From: a virus
Direction: 5' to 3' (one strand)
Virus record (IMG/VR): IMGVR_UViG_3300046167_000870
Length of the DNA stretch: 64,000 nucleotides
Shown here piece after piece: positions 18,734-28,671 of this stretch. Below the pieces are notes generated by a model, which saw only the letters and a list, made by a program, of their open reading frames with translations, was not told the origin of the DNA and searched no databases. The position numbers and the translations under genes are program-made. Every line of letters begins with the position of its first letter. The first letter of the stretch is position 1.

Positions 18734-19816
18734 TTAATTTAACCCTGTTCCATTTGCATCACCTAATACTAATATGTAGAAATTACCTGTTGTAGTTCCA
18801 TTTATATTTGGTGATAAGAATTCTGCTAGACCTGGTATTGAGCTAGACTGATCTGAAGTTGCATTATTAATAGTATTGTACTGTGCTTCAGTGAAGAACA
18901 ATACATCTGGATTATTAGCGTAACTTGTACCATTAGTTGCTAATCTAGCAAACAGTAAATAAGAATCTGATACTGTAACTCCATTTGCTTGATTTGGATT
19001 TGCAGTATAAAATTGTATACCTGATGTTGCTTGTGCTCCTGCTGCTATTTGAGCAATCATATTAGCATCAGCTGTTGATAATGCTGTACTTGCATTTAAC
19101 CCACTTGCAATTTTAAGTCTAATTTGCCAGAAAGCTTGGTCTAGATTTGCTGAGAATGTTGCTTTTCCATCTGCTCCAGTTGTTACTGTAGATACATTTG
19201 TCCAAGAACTACCATCTGAAGATTTTTGTAAAATTACAGGGATCGATTGAGCTGGATTAGAAGGACTATTTAGAATAGTTGCTACATAATCAAATGCTGG
19301 TTCTGTAAAGTTACCACCATTATCAGAAGTACCTAAGGTAGCATCAGTACCATCAGCTTTTGCATAATAAGCAGTTAAGTTATTAGTAAAATCAATGTCA
19401 GCAACTGCACCATTAGTATAACTAGATTTAAATGGTAATGAAACATCAAACATATTACCTGCAGTAATGTCAAAAGTAGTAGTGGCACCAGTATAAGCCC
19501 ATACAACTTTTACTATACCATTTGCTATACTTGTAGATAAATAAGCATCAGTACCTGAGGTGTTGTTATAAGTTACAGTTGGAGGATCAAATACACTTGT
19601 ATCATAGTTAAAAGAAAATTGAATACCTTTTACTTTGGTACCTGAAGTATTGTCATAATAAAGATCAACTACAGTTGGATTTGAAGAATTAGTAGATTCT
19701 AAAGCATAACTCGAATCAAGAATCACATAAGGCTTACTAGCATCAGGTGATGTTGTTTGTGCATTAATTGTAGTTGTTAGCATTAACCCTGCTAACAAGA
19801 AGAGTAGTTTTTTCAT
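18734..19816 (-). CDS. Secreted cohesin + Ig-like + dockerin-like protein
   Basis: Signal peptide; VKGIQFSFNYDTSVF; TVTTGADGKATF; LSTADANMIAQ...QFYTANPNQANGVTVSD...LGDANGTG. Confidence 0.7.
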   Translation of the reverse strand: MKKLLFLLAGLMLTTTINAQTTSPDASKPYVILDSSYALESTNSSNPTVVDLYYDNTSGTKVKGIQFSFNYDTSVFDPPTVTYNNTSGTDAYLSTSIANGIVKVVWAYTGATTTFDITAGNMFDVSLPFKSSYTNGAVADIDFTNNLTAYYAKADGTDATLGTSDNGGNFTEPAFDYVATILNSPSNPAQSIPVILQKSSDGSSWTNVSTVTTGADGKATFSANLDQAFWQIRLKIASGLNASTALSTADANMIAQIAAGAQATSGIQFYTANPNQANGVTVSDSYLLFARLATNGTSYANNPDVLFFTEAQYNTINNATSDQSSSIPGLAEFLSPNINGTTTGNFYILVLGDANGTGLN

Positions 19817-19851
19817 CGTAGTGTATGTTTTTTTATTATAAATATGTAGGG

Positions 19852-21033
19852 CTAGTTCTTATGTCCAGCTCTTATTACATAGAATATAGTAGAGTCTCCA
19901 TTATTTCTATCAAATAGACTATAACTCCCATATCCAAAACTTTCAGATTTGTCATCAGTATCTGTATCTAAAGGATCCCAATAAAATGGAGTTTGCTGAT
20001 AATGAAAAACTTTTGTAGAAGGAGTAGTATTAGCATATTGTGTAAATATACCATTCATATAAGCTAACATAGAATATAAATCTGCAACACTAAATTTCCC
20101 GTCATTATTAACATCCATTCTCCAATAATCTTTAGAATTATAAACCCCACTAATTAATTTAGTAGTAAAGTAACTGACATCATTTAGGGTAGGTATTGAT
20201 AATGCAGGCTGTACTACATCAATAGTGTAGTCATAGCTATTATAATCTAAAGTAGTGTTAAAGGAGTAATAACCATTTGAGTCTGTGGTTGTAGTAGCTT
20301 GAGTTGTATATGAGAAACCAACTTGATTTTTGTTTTGGGTTTTCAGCTGTACTGTAACTCCAGATAAGGCTTCTTCTTCTGCTCCATAAACATATCCAGT
20401 ATGAGTTATAGGGTCAATAGGTTCAGTAGTAGACCATTCTGCAAATGGATGACCGGGACTGAGTTGATTATAGCTACTACCATTCGGTATTTTATATTGG
20501 AAATTTGCAGCACCTATACCACCAAAATTTTGAATTCTATATTCAAACTCATACCATGTATTTTTATCTAGGGTTGCCGTACCATAAGCCCATACATTCC
20601 AACCATAATGTTTAGTAACTATATCATTAGTCTTACCAATACCTTTAATCATAAACTCATGTGAGTCATCAGTAAATGTTCTAAATGAATATACGCCTGA
20701 TTTATTAGGTTTAAACCAACCAGAATAGATAATTGCATACTCTTTGAGTACTCCCATCTTGGTGGGATTCCATAGTTGATAAGGGGTATGATTACCACCT
20801 CTTGGGCCTTGATAACTTGTTATATCTACAGGTCCTTCTGTATAGAGTGTAGTACCACCATCAGCAAGATTAACCATGTTATCAAATTCTGTATGGCTGT
20901 TAGCATTACCTGTATAATACTGACCTGAGTTACTACCACCATAATGAGTCTTAAGTGACCTTATGTTTACTGTAGTTTGTGCATTTATAAATCCACTAAT
21001 TAAAATAAAAAAACAAAGTATTCTGGTTTTCAT
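19852..21033 (-). CDS. Secreted PA14 + Ig-like + dockerin protein
   Basis: Signal peptide; YSGWFKPNKSGVYSFRTFTDDS (PA14); LSGVTVQL...TTTDSNGYYSF; RMDVNNDGKFSVADL (dockerin Ca loop). Confidence 0.78.
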   Translation of the reverse strand: MKTRILCFFILISGFINAQTTVNIRSLKTHYGGSNSGQYYTGNANSHTEFDNMVNLADGGTTLYTEGPVDITSYQGPRGGNHTPYQLWNPTKMGVLKEYAIIYSGWFKPNKSGVYSFRTFTDDSHEFMIKGIGKTNDIVTKHYGWNVWAYGTATLDKNTWYEFEYRIQNFGGIGAANFQYKIPNGSSYNQLSPGHPFAEWSTTEPIDPITHTGYVYGAEEEALSGVTVQLKTQNKNQVGFSYTTQATTTTDSNGYYSFNTTLDYNSYDYTIDVVQPALSIPTLNDVSYFTTKLISGVYNSKDYWRMDVNNDGKFSVADLYSMLAYMNGIFTQYANTTPSTKVFHYQQTPFYWDPLDTDTDDKSESFGYGSYSLFDRNNGDSTIFYVIRAGHKN

Positions 21034-21038
21034 GTTAT

Positions 21039-22751
21039 TTATCCATCACAGCTGATGCAATCTGCCATTCTAGATCCTAAATCACCTTTGATTACTGAAT
21101 CAGTTCGTAGGTAATATAAAGTTTTTACACCTAATTTCCAAGCTTCCATATGAACCTGATTAATCCATTTAGGAGAATCATTAGGGTCAAATGATAAGTT
21201 TAAAGATTGAGTTTGATCTATATATTTTTGTCTTTCAGCTGCTTGTTTTACTAATTCTAATTGATTTGTTTCTGAGAAGGTTAAAAATACTTCTTTTTCT
21301 TCTGCAGATAGTATATTATCTGGTAAACCTAATACTGATCCACCTTCTTGTAGCATTTGATCCCACCATTTAGTTTTATTTTGTCCTTTTTCTTCAAGTA
21401 ATGCTTCTAATACTTTATTTTTTCTAATAAAAGTACCTTTAGCACCATTAAAAGTATAAACATTAGCAGGTAGGGGTTCAATTCCTGCACTAATACCACC
21501 ACAAATAACAGAATTTGATACTGTTGGGGCTACTGCTAATAAGTGAGTATTTCTCATACCAGTTCCTCTACACCATAATGGTTCTCCATATTCAGCTGCT
21601 AAATTCATAGATGCTGATTCTGCTTTACTTCTAATTTTATTAAAAATATTTCTAGTATGAACTGTAGATGCTACAGAATTAAATGGTAATCCTTTTTGTT
21701 GAAGGAAAGTATGCCATCCCATTACACCTAAACCTAAAGCTCTACCTTTAGCTGCATGTTTATGAGTTCGTTTTAAACTTTCTTTACCATTTGATTTATC
21801 AATAAATTCTTGCATTACACCATCTAAAAACCAAATTGCAGTCTCAATACAATCTGTGTCTTTATATTCTTCCCACTTAGCTAAATTAAGAGAAGATAAA
21901 CAACAAATAAATGAGTGTTCTTCATCTGTAAATAATGTAATTTCAGAACAAATGTTAGTCATAGAAACATCTAAATTATGCATTCTATAAGCTATAGGGT
22001 TATTTTTATTTACATTATCCTTGTACATAATGTAAGGTTCACCTGTTTCCATTCTTGATTTTAAAACAGTAGCCCATCTATTCATTGCTTCTGGGTCTCT
22101 TGCTTCTAATTTCCTCATAAATGAATCTCCTACAACAACACATTGATGTAAGTTTAAACATTGTCTATTTGGATCACCCTTCGGTCTACGAATTTGCATA
22201 AATTCTTCAATATCACCATGTTCAATATCTAAATTAACTGATGCTGCTCCTCTTCTTACATTTCCTTGATTAGTTGCAATAATTGATGAATCATAAATTT
22301 TAGCCCAAGGTACTACACCTTCACTCTTACCATTACCTGAAATATATTCTCCACGTTGTCTAATACGAGATAACGAAATACCTACACCTCCGCCGGATGC
22401 TGTTAATTTCATTAGTTCTGCGTTAGTTAAACCGATTCCACGTATTGAATCTGGCGTATCAATACCAAAACATGATATTGGTAAACCTCTATCAGTTCCC
22501 ATATTTGATATAACAGGAGATGCTAATCCAATCCAACCATTCCAAATATATTTAAAGAATTTATTTGCTAATTCTGGTTTTTTTAGTCTAGCTGCTGAAG
22601 CATTTGCTACTCTTTTATATGCTGTTCTTACAGTTTCTCCAGGTAGTAAATAACCTTTTGAAATTGTTGCTAAAGAAATTTCATCCATCCATATTGGGTA
22701 TTGCTTTCCAGCTTCCCAATTACTATAATCTACTTGTAAGTTATTATCCAT
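21039..22751 (-). CDS. nrdA: Ribonucleotide reductase class Ia alpha subunit
   Basis: PISCF, TNICSEI, APTVSNS, TLYYLR, C-terminal CISCDG; start MDNN at 22751 preferred. Confidence 0.95.
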   Translation of the reverse strand: MDNNLQVDYSNWEAGKQYPIWMDEISLATISKGYLLPGETVRTAYKRVANASAARLKKPELANKFFKYIWNGWIGLASPVISNMGTDRGLPISCFGIDTPDSIRGIGLTNAELMKLTASGGGVGISLSRIRQRGEYISGNGKSEGVVPWAKIYDSSIIATNQGNVRRGAASVNLDIEHGDIEEFMQIRRPKGDPNRQCLNLHQCVVVGDSFMRKLEARDPEAMNRWATVLKSRMETGEPYIMYKDNVNKNNPIAYRMHNLDVSMTNICSEITLFTDEEHSFICCLSSLNLAKWEEYKDTDCIETAIWFLDGVMQEFIDKSNGKESLKRTHKHAAKGRALGLGVMGWHTFLQQKGLPFNSVASTVHTRNIFNKIRSKAESASMNLAAEYGEPLWCRGTGMRNTHLLAVAPTVSNSVICGGISAGIEPLPANVYTFNGAKGTFIRKNKVLEALLEEKGQNKTKWWDQMLQEGGSVLGLPDNILSAEEKEVFLTFSETNQLELVKQAAERQKYIDQTQSLNLSFDPNDSPKWINQVHMEAWKLGVKTLYYLRTDSVIKGDLGSRMADCISCDG

Positions 22752-22752
22752 A

Positions 22753-23739
22753 TTAAAATATTGATGCGGCATCCCAATTTTGAACACCTTTACTATAATT
22801 TGTTACTCTATTTGCAAAGAAATCTGTATGTTGTTTTCCACCTGATAAATTATCAAACCAACTCATTCTTTGTACTGCTTCTTTATCTATTCCGTTTACA
22901 ATTGGTCCATATCCTAAATCACTCATTTTAGTATTTACTCTATGTTTAATAAATGAAATTAAATCATATTTAGGACAACCTTGTAAATCTCCCATTTCAT
23001 ACACTTTATCAATAAAATCTAATTCTAGTTTTAAAGATAACTTAGCTGCTTCTTCAATATCAGCTTGTAATTCTGGTGTATTAAATTCTGGGTGTTCTTG
23101 CATTAGTGTTCTAAATAACCAACATCCTGCTTCAGAATGTAATGATTCATCTCTAATACTCCACTCTACAATCTGTCCTACTCCTTTAAGTTTATTATCT
23201 AATTTAAAAGAAAGTAATACTGCAAAAGAAGAAAATAAATTTACACCTTCTGTAAATGCAGAAAAGATTGCTAATGATTTAGCTCTTTCATGCCAGTTAG
23301 GAGTACCATCATGAGAATCTCTTACTTGCATTAATGTTTCTATTTTATTCATTGTTGCTTCATCTTCTAAAAATTCAGCAAAATTATCTAATCCTAATTC
23401 CTCATTTAATAAAGAATAGGCTTCTGCATGAATAGTTTCAAAAGCACCAAATGTAACAGCCATTTTAATTACTTCTGGTTTTCTAAACCATTTAGTAACT
23501 AATGTTGACCAATAATCATTTACTACAGTTTCAGTTTGAGCAAATCCTTTTAATATAGTTCCTATAATATTCTTTTCAGAATCAGTAAGATTCTGTTTCC
23601 AATCATTAACATCAGACATCATAGGTACTTCTGTATGTAACCAATGTGCTTGTTGTTGTTTTAACCAATAATCCGATGCCTCCTGATATTCAAAGGGTTT
23701 GTAAACGATACGTTCTTGTAATAATGATGTTTTTGCCAT
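22753..23739 (-). CDS. nrdB: Ribonucleotide reductase beta subunit
   Basis: ETIHAEAY, EGVNLFSSF, RDESLH, DFFANRVTNY. Confidence 0.95.
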   Translation of the reverse strand: MAKTSLLQERIVYKPFEYQEASDYWLKQQQAHWLHTEVPMMSDVNDWKQNLTDSEKNIIGTILKGFAQTETVVNDYWSTLVTKWFRKPEVIKMAVTFGAFETIHAEAYSLLNEELGLDNFAEFLEDEATMNKIETLMQVRDSHDGTPNWHERAKSLAIFSAFTEGVNLFSSFAVLLSFKLDNKLKGVGQIVEWSIRDESLHSEAGCWLFRTLMQEHPEFNTPELQADIEEAAKLSLKLELDFIDKVYEMGDLQGCPKYDLISFIKHRVNTKMSDLGYGPIVNGIDKEAVQRMSWFDNLSGGKQHTDFFANRVTNYSKGVQNWDAASIF

Positions 23740-23759
23740 TTTAAAATTGTTTTAATTGT

Positions 23760-25145
23760 TTATTTACTTAGTTCAAAGAAACCTGGGTCATATAACTCAC
23801 GAAGTTTCTGTTTGTCAAATTTGTCTGTGTCAGTATCAAACTTATTTGACTTAGTAGCAGGAGTGAAATTTTCTTGTTCGTCTAGATCCGTATTATAGTT
23901 ATGTACTTCAAAGTGGCCTGTAGAAGTATCTGCTTTAACAGCAAATGTTAGACCATCAGTTCCATATCTGTTTTTCATAATGTGAAATCTACCAGTTCCT
24001 TTTACTTTATCTTCTTTTTTCCTTGAAAGAGACATACAAAAGTCAGTGATCATCAGCTTATCATAAGATCCAGCTGCTTTATCTCCTTCTATAATGTCAT
24101 CATTCGAACCAGCTCTATTTACTTGAGATACTGACCAAATAGGTATGTTCAATTCTCGAGCTAGGCCTTTTGTGCTGCCATAAATATCATCAATTTCGTC
24201 CTTACGCTCCCTATTTTTACGTCCTGATGAAAGGAGGTCAACATAATCAATAATTACTAAATCAGCTTTAACTCCCATACTTTCTACTTTCTTAATATGT
24301 GATTCAACTGTTGACATAGTCGCACGACCTGTGGGGAATTCTTTAATTATTAACCTACCTGGTAATTGAGGTATGATCTCTTCTGCCTTAGGCCTAAGTA
24401 GATGAGTTTTATTAACTGGTATATTAGTGAAAAAGGCGTCATATCTTTTTCCAACATAATCTTCACCTAACTCTAAAGTATAGTGAATTACATTAAATCC
24501 TAATCTAACAGCTTCACCTCCAATAGCTACTAATGACCAAGATTTACCACCTCCTGGATTACCAAATATGAGACCAAAATCTCCATTTCCCAATCCACCT
24601 TGTAGTAAATTATTGATCTTTTCCCAAGGTGTAGGTATAGTTGTCCTCGAATTTTCTCTATACCTTTCTTCAATATCTTTAACATATTCATGTCCTACGT
24701 TTTTATCTTGTCCCGCTCTTAAAGCTCCATCAACAATATATCTAATACCATCAAAGTCGCCTGCTTTCAATAAGTCCACAGACGACATTAAGGCCTTCTT
24801 CAATTGTTGGTTTCTACAAAAATTAGTAAATTCTTCTTGTACATACTTTAAATCTTCATCAGATGATACATAAGCCTGTTTTAATTGTTCTTTAATTGAT
24901 ACTTGTAGAACATCATTATCAACTTTTTTTAACTCTACTTTTAAAACATCTAATGAAGGTGTTGTATGGTATTTATCGTAATATTTTAATATTTCTTTTA
25001 CAGCCCACTTATGTGCACTATTTTCAAAAAATTCTTCACTGATAATATCATGGATATTAACTAATAATTCTTTATGGGTAAGCAATGCTGATATTGCTTT
25101 GATTTGGAAATCAGGACCATATTGATTCAGTGTTTGTAATGTCAT
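23760..25145 (-). CDS. DnaB-family replicative helicase (T4 gp41-like)
   Basis: GNPGGGKS Walker A, TLEL, IIDYVDLL, SQVNR, KNRYG. Confidence 0.92.
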   Translation of the reverse strand: MTLQTLNQYGPDFQIKAISALLTHKELLVNIHDIISEEFFENSAHKWAVKEILKYYDKYHTTPSLDVLKVELKKVDNDVLQVSIKEQLKQAYVSSDEDLKYVQEEFTNFCRNQQLKKALMSSVDLLKAGDFDGIRYIVDGALRAGQDKNVGHEYVKDIEERYRENSRTTIPTPWEKINNLLQGGLGNGDFGLIFGNPGGGKSWSLVAIGGEAVRLGFNVIHYTLELGEDYVGKRYDAFFTNIPVNKTHLLRPKAEEIIPQLPGRLIIKEFPTGRATMSTVESHIKKVESMGVKADLVIIDYVDLLSSGRKNRERKDEIDDIYGSTKGLARELNIPIWSVSQVNRAGSNDDIIEGDKAAGSYDKLMITDFCMSLSRKKEDKVKGTGRFHIMKNRYGTDGLTFAVKADTSTGHFEVHNYNTDLDEQENFTPATKSNKFDTDTDKFDKQKLRELYDPGFFELSK

Positions 25146-25162
25146 AACCTATATTATAGTTT

Positions 25163-26203
25163 TTATTGTTTATAAATGGGGAATTGTGAAAAAATATCTT
25201 TTAACCATGTATCTAGATTTCTAATCATTCCCCCTAATTTGTCTTCATTATAAAATGAAACAAACATTTCAGCATTAAATTCAGGTAATTCCTCAACTAT
25301 TAGATCATCAATATGTTCCTTTCCTTTATCATCAATCATTGGAATACTTAAATCCATAACTTTATAATTAGTTTCAATCCGTTTTTGATCTTGGATTATG
25401 CGTGAATATACGACATGATCCTTAAATTTCCTAGCACAAATGTCAAAAATGTCATCTAATGTTAAGTCATGTGTTTTTAATTCAGGAAACTTTTTAAATA
25501 TACCTTTAGCACCTAATCCTTTTATACCTGGAATATTATCTGATTTATCCCCTAATAATACTTTATGTAATAAAAAATTCGATGGTAATAAACCTACTTT
25601 TTCTTCTACAACTTTTGGAGTATAATATTCTTTCTCCATTGGTCTATATACAATAATTTTATCAGTAACTAATTGTAAGAAATCTTTATCTGAAGATACT
25701 ATAAAACAAGTTGAATTATGTTTTTCTACTAGTTTTTCAGCTAACACGGCTATAATATCATCAGCTTCTACTTTATCCAATATAGTGGTTTTAACAGGTA
25801 ATAGCTTTAAATACTGGATTATACGCACTATTTGGTCAATTTTTGAGTCATGTTCTTCCTCTAAATTGTCAAATGCTTCCCAATTAGTAATTCGTTGTAA
25901 ATTTCTTGTACTTTTGTATTCGGAGAGCAGGTTCTTACGATTTACTGTTGAACCTGCTCCGTCGAATACTACATAAACAGATGTTGGATTTGTTTGTCTA
26001 ATCATGGCGCCTAAAGAACGAAAGAACCCTCCTAACCCTCCAATATGAACCCCATCAGGATTTACCATATTCATCATTGCAAAGTTTCTAAAAAATAGAT
26101 TTAATCCATCTAAAATTAATACTTTATCATGTCTTTTTGGAGTAGTTTCTTCCCCTTGCTCCTGAACTTCGTCCAGCAACTTAAATAAATCTTTATGCTT
26201 CAT
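25163..26203 (-). CDS. 5'-3' exonuclease / flap endonuclease (T4 RNase H-like)
   Basis: ILDGLN, VFDG, YKSTR, EADD, SSDKDFLQL, GDKSDNIPG. Confidence 0.92.
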   Translation of the reverse strand: MKHKDLFKLLDEVQEQGEETTPKRHDKVLILDGLNLFFRNFAMMNMVNPDGVHIGGLGGFFRSLGAMIRQTNPTSVYVVFDGAGSTVNRKNLLSEYKSTRNLQRITNWEAFDNLEEEHDSKIDQIVRIIQYLKLLPVKTTILDKVEADDIIAVLAEKLVEKHNSTCFIVSSDKDFLQLVTDKIIVYRPMEKEYYTPKVVEEKVGLLPSNFLLHKVLLGDKSDNIPGIKGLGAKGIFKKFPELKTHDLTLDDIFDICARKFKDHVVYSRIIQDQKRIETNYKVMDLSIPMIDDKGKEHIDDLIVEELPEFNAEMFVSFYNEDKLGGMIRNLDTWLKDIFSQFPIYKQ

Positions 26204-26212
26204 GTTTTCTTT

Positions 26213-27286
26213 TTAAATGTCCTGAGAATCAAATAATACTGGTGTATGATCTTCTTCGTCTTCTTGGATTGTGAATGTTCCTCCTCCTAAGATTTTAGAC
26301 CATTCATCAGCATGTTCTTTTTTATATGCATTTTTATCCTTGTCAGTATCAGTAATAAAACCGTGGTTTGTCATAACAATTTTACCTCTTGATTGCATAC
26401 CATTAACGTGGTTTTTATCAATTTGTAAATTTGTTCTTTTACCCCATTCTACTTGCTTACCACCTTTAATTGCTTTAATTTTAGATGTTCCTGCATTTGA
26501 TACATTACCAAAAGTAGCTACGAAAGTTGCATCATACCACATTGCCATTCCACCTTTGTTCATCATTTTAGGTTGACCCATAGGTGATTCTGCTTTAGCA
26601 GTCCATACTTTATTAATAGCACAAAGTGTATTAGTATATGGTGATGATTCTTTACGTGACATTACAATACTTTGATTAACTGTGTTACCAAATTGTGTTG
26701 ACATTGCTCCTGCATTCCATTCATTGTTGTTTTTCAGTTTTTCAACTGACATTGCACAAGGAATAGATCCAATTGAATCCCAGAAGAACGCTAAATCATA
26801 AGGTAAATTACCTTTTTTCTGTTCATTCTGTAGATCCATAATAAATGCTGCTACGTCTTCAATTGTATGTAATGTTTCTCTATCAACATAAATGAAATTA
26901 CCTTCATAATCTACAACATTATCTTCCTCATCTTTGATTAGTTTTACTTCTAATCCCATTTGAGCGGCATGTTCCCAATTCCATTTCATCTCAGTAATTA
27001 TAAAAACAGGTAATACACCCATTTTTTGTGCTGATACTGCTGCTTCAAGTAGAGCAGTTGTTTTACCTGTATCAGAATGTCCTCTAAGTAATGAAATATG
27101 TCCCATTGGAATACCTGGTACTCCAGATATTTCCTGAAATGCAGGAGATAGTGGTATCCATTGTTGTTCCTTAAATTTGACGTTTTTATCTAAACCTTTA
27201 GTGGCTTTAAATTTATTTAAATCAAATTTTGTCTTAATCTCGGCAGACACTGCTGCCGAGAGAGACTTTGATACTTTTCTTGCCAT
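26213..27286 (-). CDS. RecA/UvsX-like recombinase
   Basis: GHSDTGKT Walker A, FFWDSIGS Walker B, KGG. Confidence 0.85.
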   Translation of the reverse strand: MARKVSKSLSAAVSAEIKTKFDLNKFKATKGLDKNVKFKEQQWIPLSPAFQEISGVPGIPMGHISLLRGHSDTGKTTALLEAAVSAQKMGVLPVFIITEMKWNWEHAAQMGLEVKLIKDEEDNVVDYEGNFIYVDRETLHTIEDVAAFIMDLQNEQKKGNLPYDLAFFWDSIGSIPCAMSVEKLKNNNEWNAGAMSTQFGNTVNQSIVMSRKESSPYTNTLCAINKVWTAKAESPMGQPKMMNKGGMAMWYDATFVATFGNVSNAGTSKIKAIKGGKQVEWGKRTNLQIDKNHVNGMQSRGKIVMTNHGFITDTDKDKNAYKKEHADEWSKILGGGTFTIQEDEEDHTPVLFDSQDI

Positions 27287-27288
27287 AT

Positions 27289-28128
27289 TTAGAAAGGAAG
27301 ATCATCTGGTTCGTTACTCTTTTTATCATCAAATAATGTATCAAAAGCATCTGCTTTATTTTTCTTAACATTATCTTTTGTAGTATCTAAACTAAAATTA
27401 GACTTAGCTGGTGTTTCAACTGCAGCAGGTGTAACATCACCATCTGTATCATCATTAGTTTCTGGCGCTAACCACTTTTCTAATGCTGACTTCATTTCAT
27501 CAAAAGTAAATTGTTTGAATTCTTTTGTTGGGTTTGGTTGATCTGAAATCCACTTATCAACTAATTCAGCATCATCACTTAATGGAGTTTCTTTTAATCT
27601 AACTCTCACTGATGATTTATTATACTGAGTACCTGTTGATTCTGGTCCTACTGTTTCAATTGTAAGATCTCTACCTGAAACGATATCAGTGTAATCTCCA
27701 ATTTCATCATCTACAGCTAGTGAAAGTAATTCTTCATATATTAGCTTTCCGAATTGCCATAGTCGAACTCCTTTGTCCTCCTCTCCTCTAACAATAACCG
27801 GAGCAAAAATTCTAGTTTTTGCATCTAACTTTTTAGCAAGTAGATAATTTTCTTTGCTATATTCTTCTCTAAGTTTACTAGCGAATAAAGCAATCGGGTC
27901 TTTTTCACCCCAAGTTTCAGGTGATAACATCACCTTGTTTGTAATACCATAATAGAATTTTAATTCTGTAAATGGGTTATTAGAATTAAATGCACTAGGC
28001 ACAATTCTAATTTGTTGTTTTCCTACTGTAGGTCTCCAAAATGTAAGAGAATAATCTCTTTTGGCACCACCAGCAGGTGTTTTTTGTTGGAGCGTATCCA
28101 ACTTCTGTTTAAGCATTGATAAATCCAT
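27289..28128 (-). CDS. Single-stranded DNA-binding protein (T4 gp32-like)
   Basis: FWRP..GKQQIRIVP, LWQFG, GRDL, acidic tail ending DDLPF. Confidence 0.85.
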   Translation of the reverse strand: MDLSMLKQKLDTLQQKTPAGGAKRDYSLTFWRPTVGKQQIRIVPSAFNSNNPFTELKFYYGITNKVMLSPETWGEKDPIALFASKLREEYSKENYLLAKKLDAKTRIFAPVIVRGEEDKGVRLWQFGKLIYEELLSLAVDDEIGDYTDIVSGRDLTIETVGPESTGTQYNKSSVRVRLKETPLSDDAELVDKWISDQPNPTKEFKQFTFDEMKSALEKWLAPETNDDTDGDVTPAAVETPAKSNFSLDTTKDNVKKNKADAFDTLFDDKKSNEPDDLPF

Positions 28129-28203
28129 AATTTAATAACTTTTTTTAATTATAACTGTTTTAAATGTAACACCAATATACGAAGCCAAATTTGGGGAGCC
28201 AAA

Positions 28204-28671
28204 CTATACTTCGATTATTTTGTGTATTTTTGTATTTAATTGATTCAATTCATTGTGTTGGGTAAGTAAAACACAATTTCTATAATGTTGCCAATCTACT
28301 TTAAATTTAGTATCAACAACACCATTATTAAGCTTTTTAATTAATTCATTTAAAGCATTAATAGTGTATAAGGTATTAGACTCCTTTTTTCTATGTACTA
28401 GAATAGTATTATCTGGAATAGAGTGAACATTACCCTGGTCTACGTTGTATGTAACAACATATTCATCACTTCCGACAATCTCTAAAACAAACATCTTATT
28501 ATAAATAATTACGTATTGGGATGTTATATTCTGGATTAGATCATCTAAGTGCTCTAGCGTGGTAAATGTACAAAACAGCTTGTTATTCAAATCTCCTATA
28601 TTATTTAATGATGTTTCAACATCATAATTCATCTTATACGTATTTAAGGGTCTATTTAAAGTCGTAATCAT
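28204..28671 (-). CDS. Hypothetical protein
   Basis: 155-aa ORF containing VHRKKESNTLYTINALN. Confidence 0.65.
   Translation of the reverse strand: MITTLNRPLNTYKMNYDVETSLNNIGDLNNKLFCTFTTLEHLDDLIQNITSQYVIIYNKMFVLEIVGSDEYVVTYNVDQGNVHSIPDNTILVHRKKESNTLYTINALNELIKKLNNGVVDTKFKVDWQHYRNCVLLTQHNELNQLNTKIHKIIEV

Noticed and set aside
17996-21033. True polysaccharide-degrading cellulosome
   Set aside because: No glycoside hydrolase or lyase domain is recognisable on the dockerin-bearing proteins
13456-21033. Host-genome contamination or chimera
   Set aside because: Same strand, tight gene packing, similar composition and the phage late motif inside the block argue it is native; read-level confirmation is still needed
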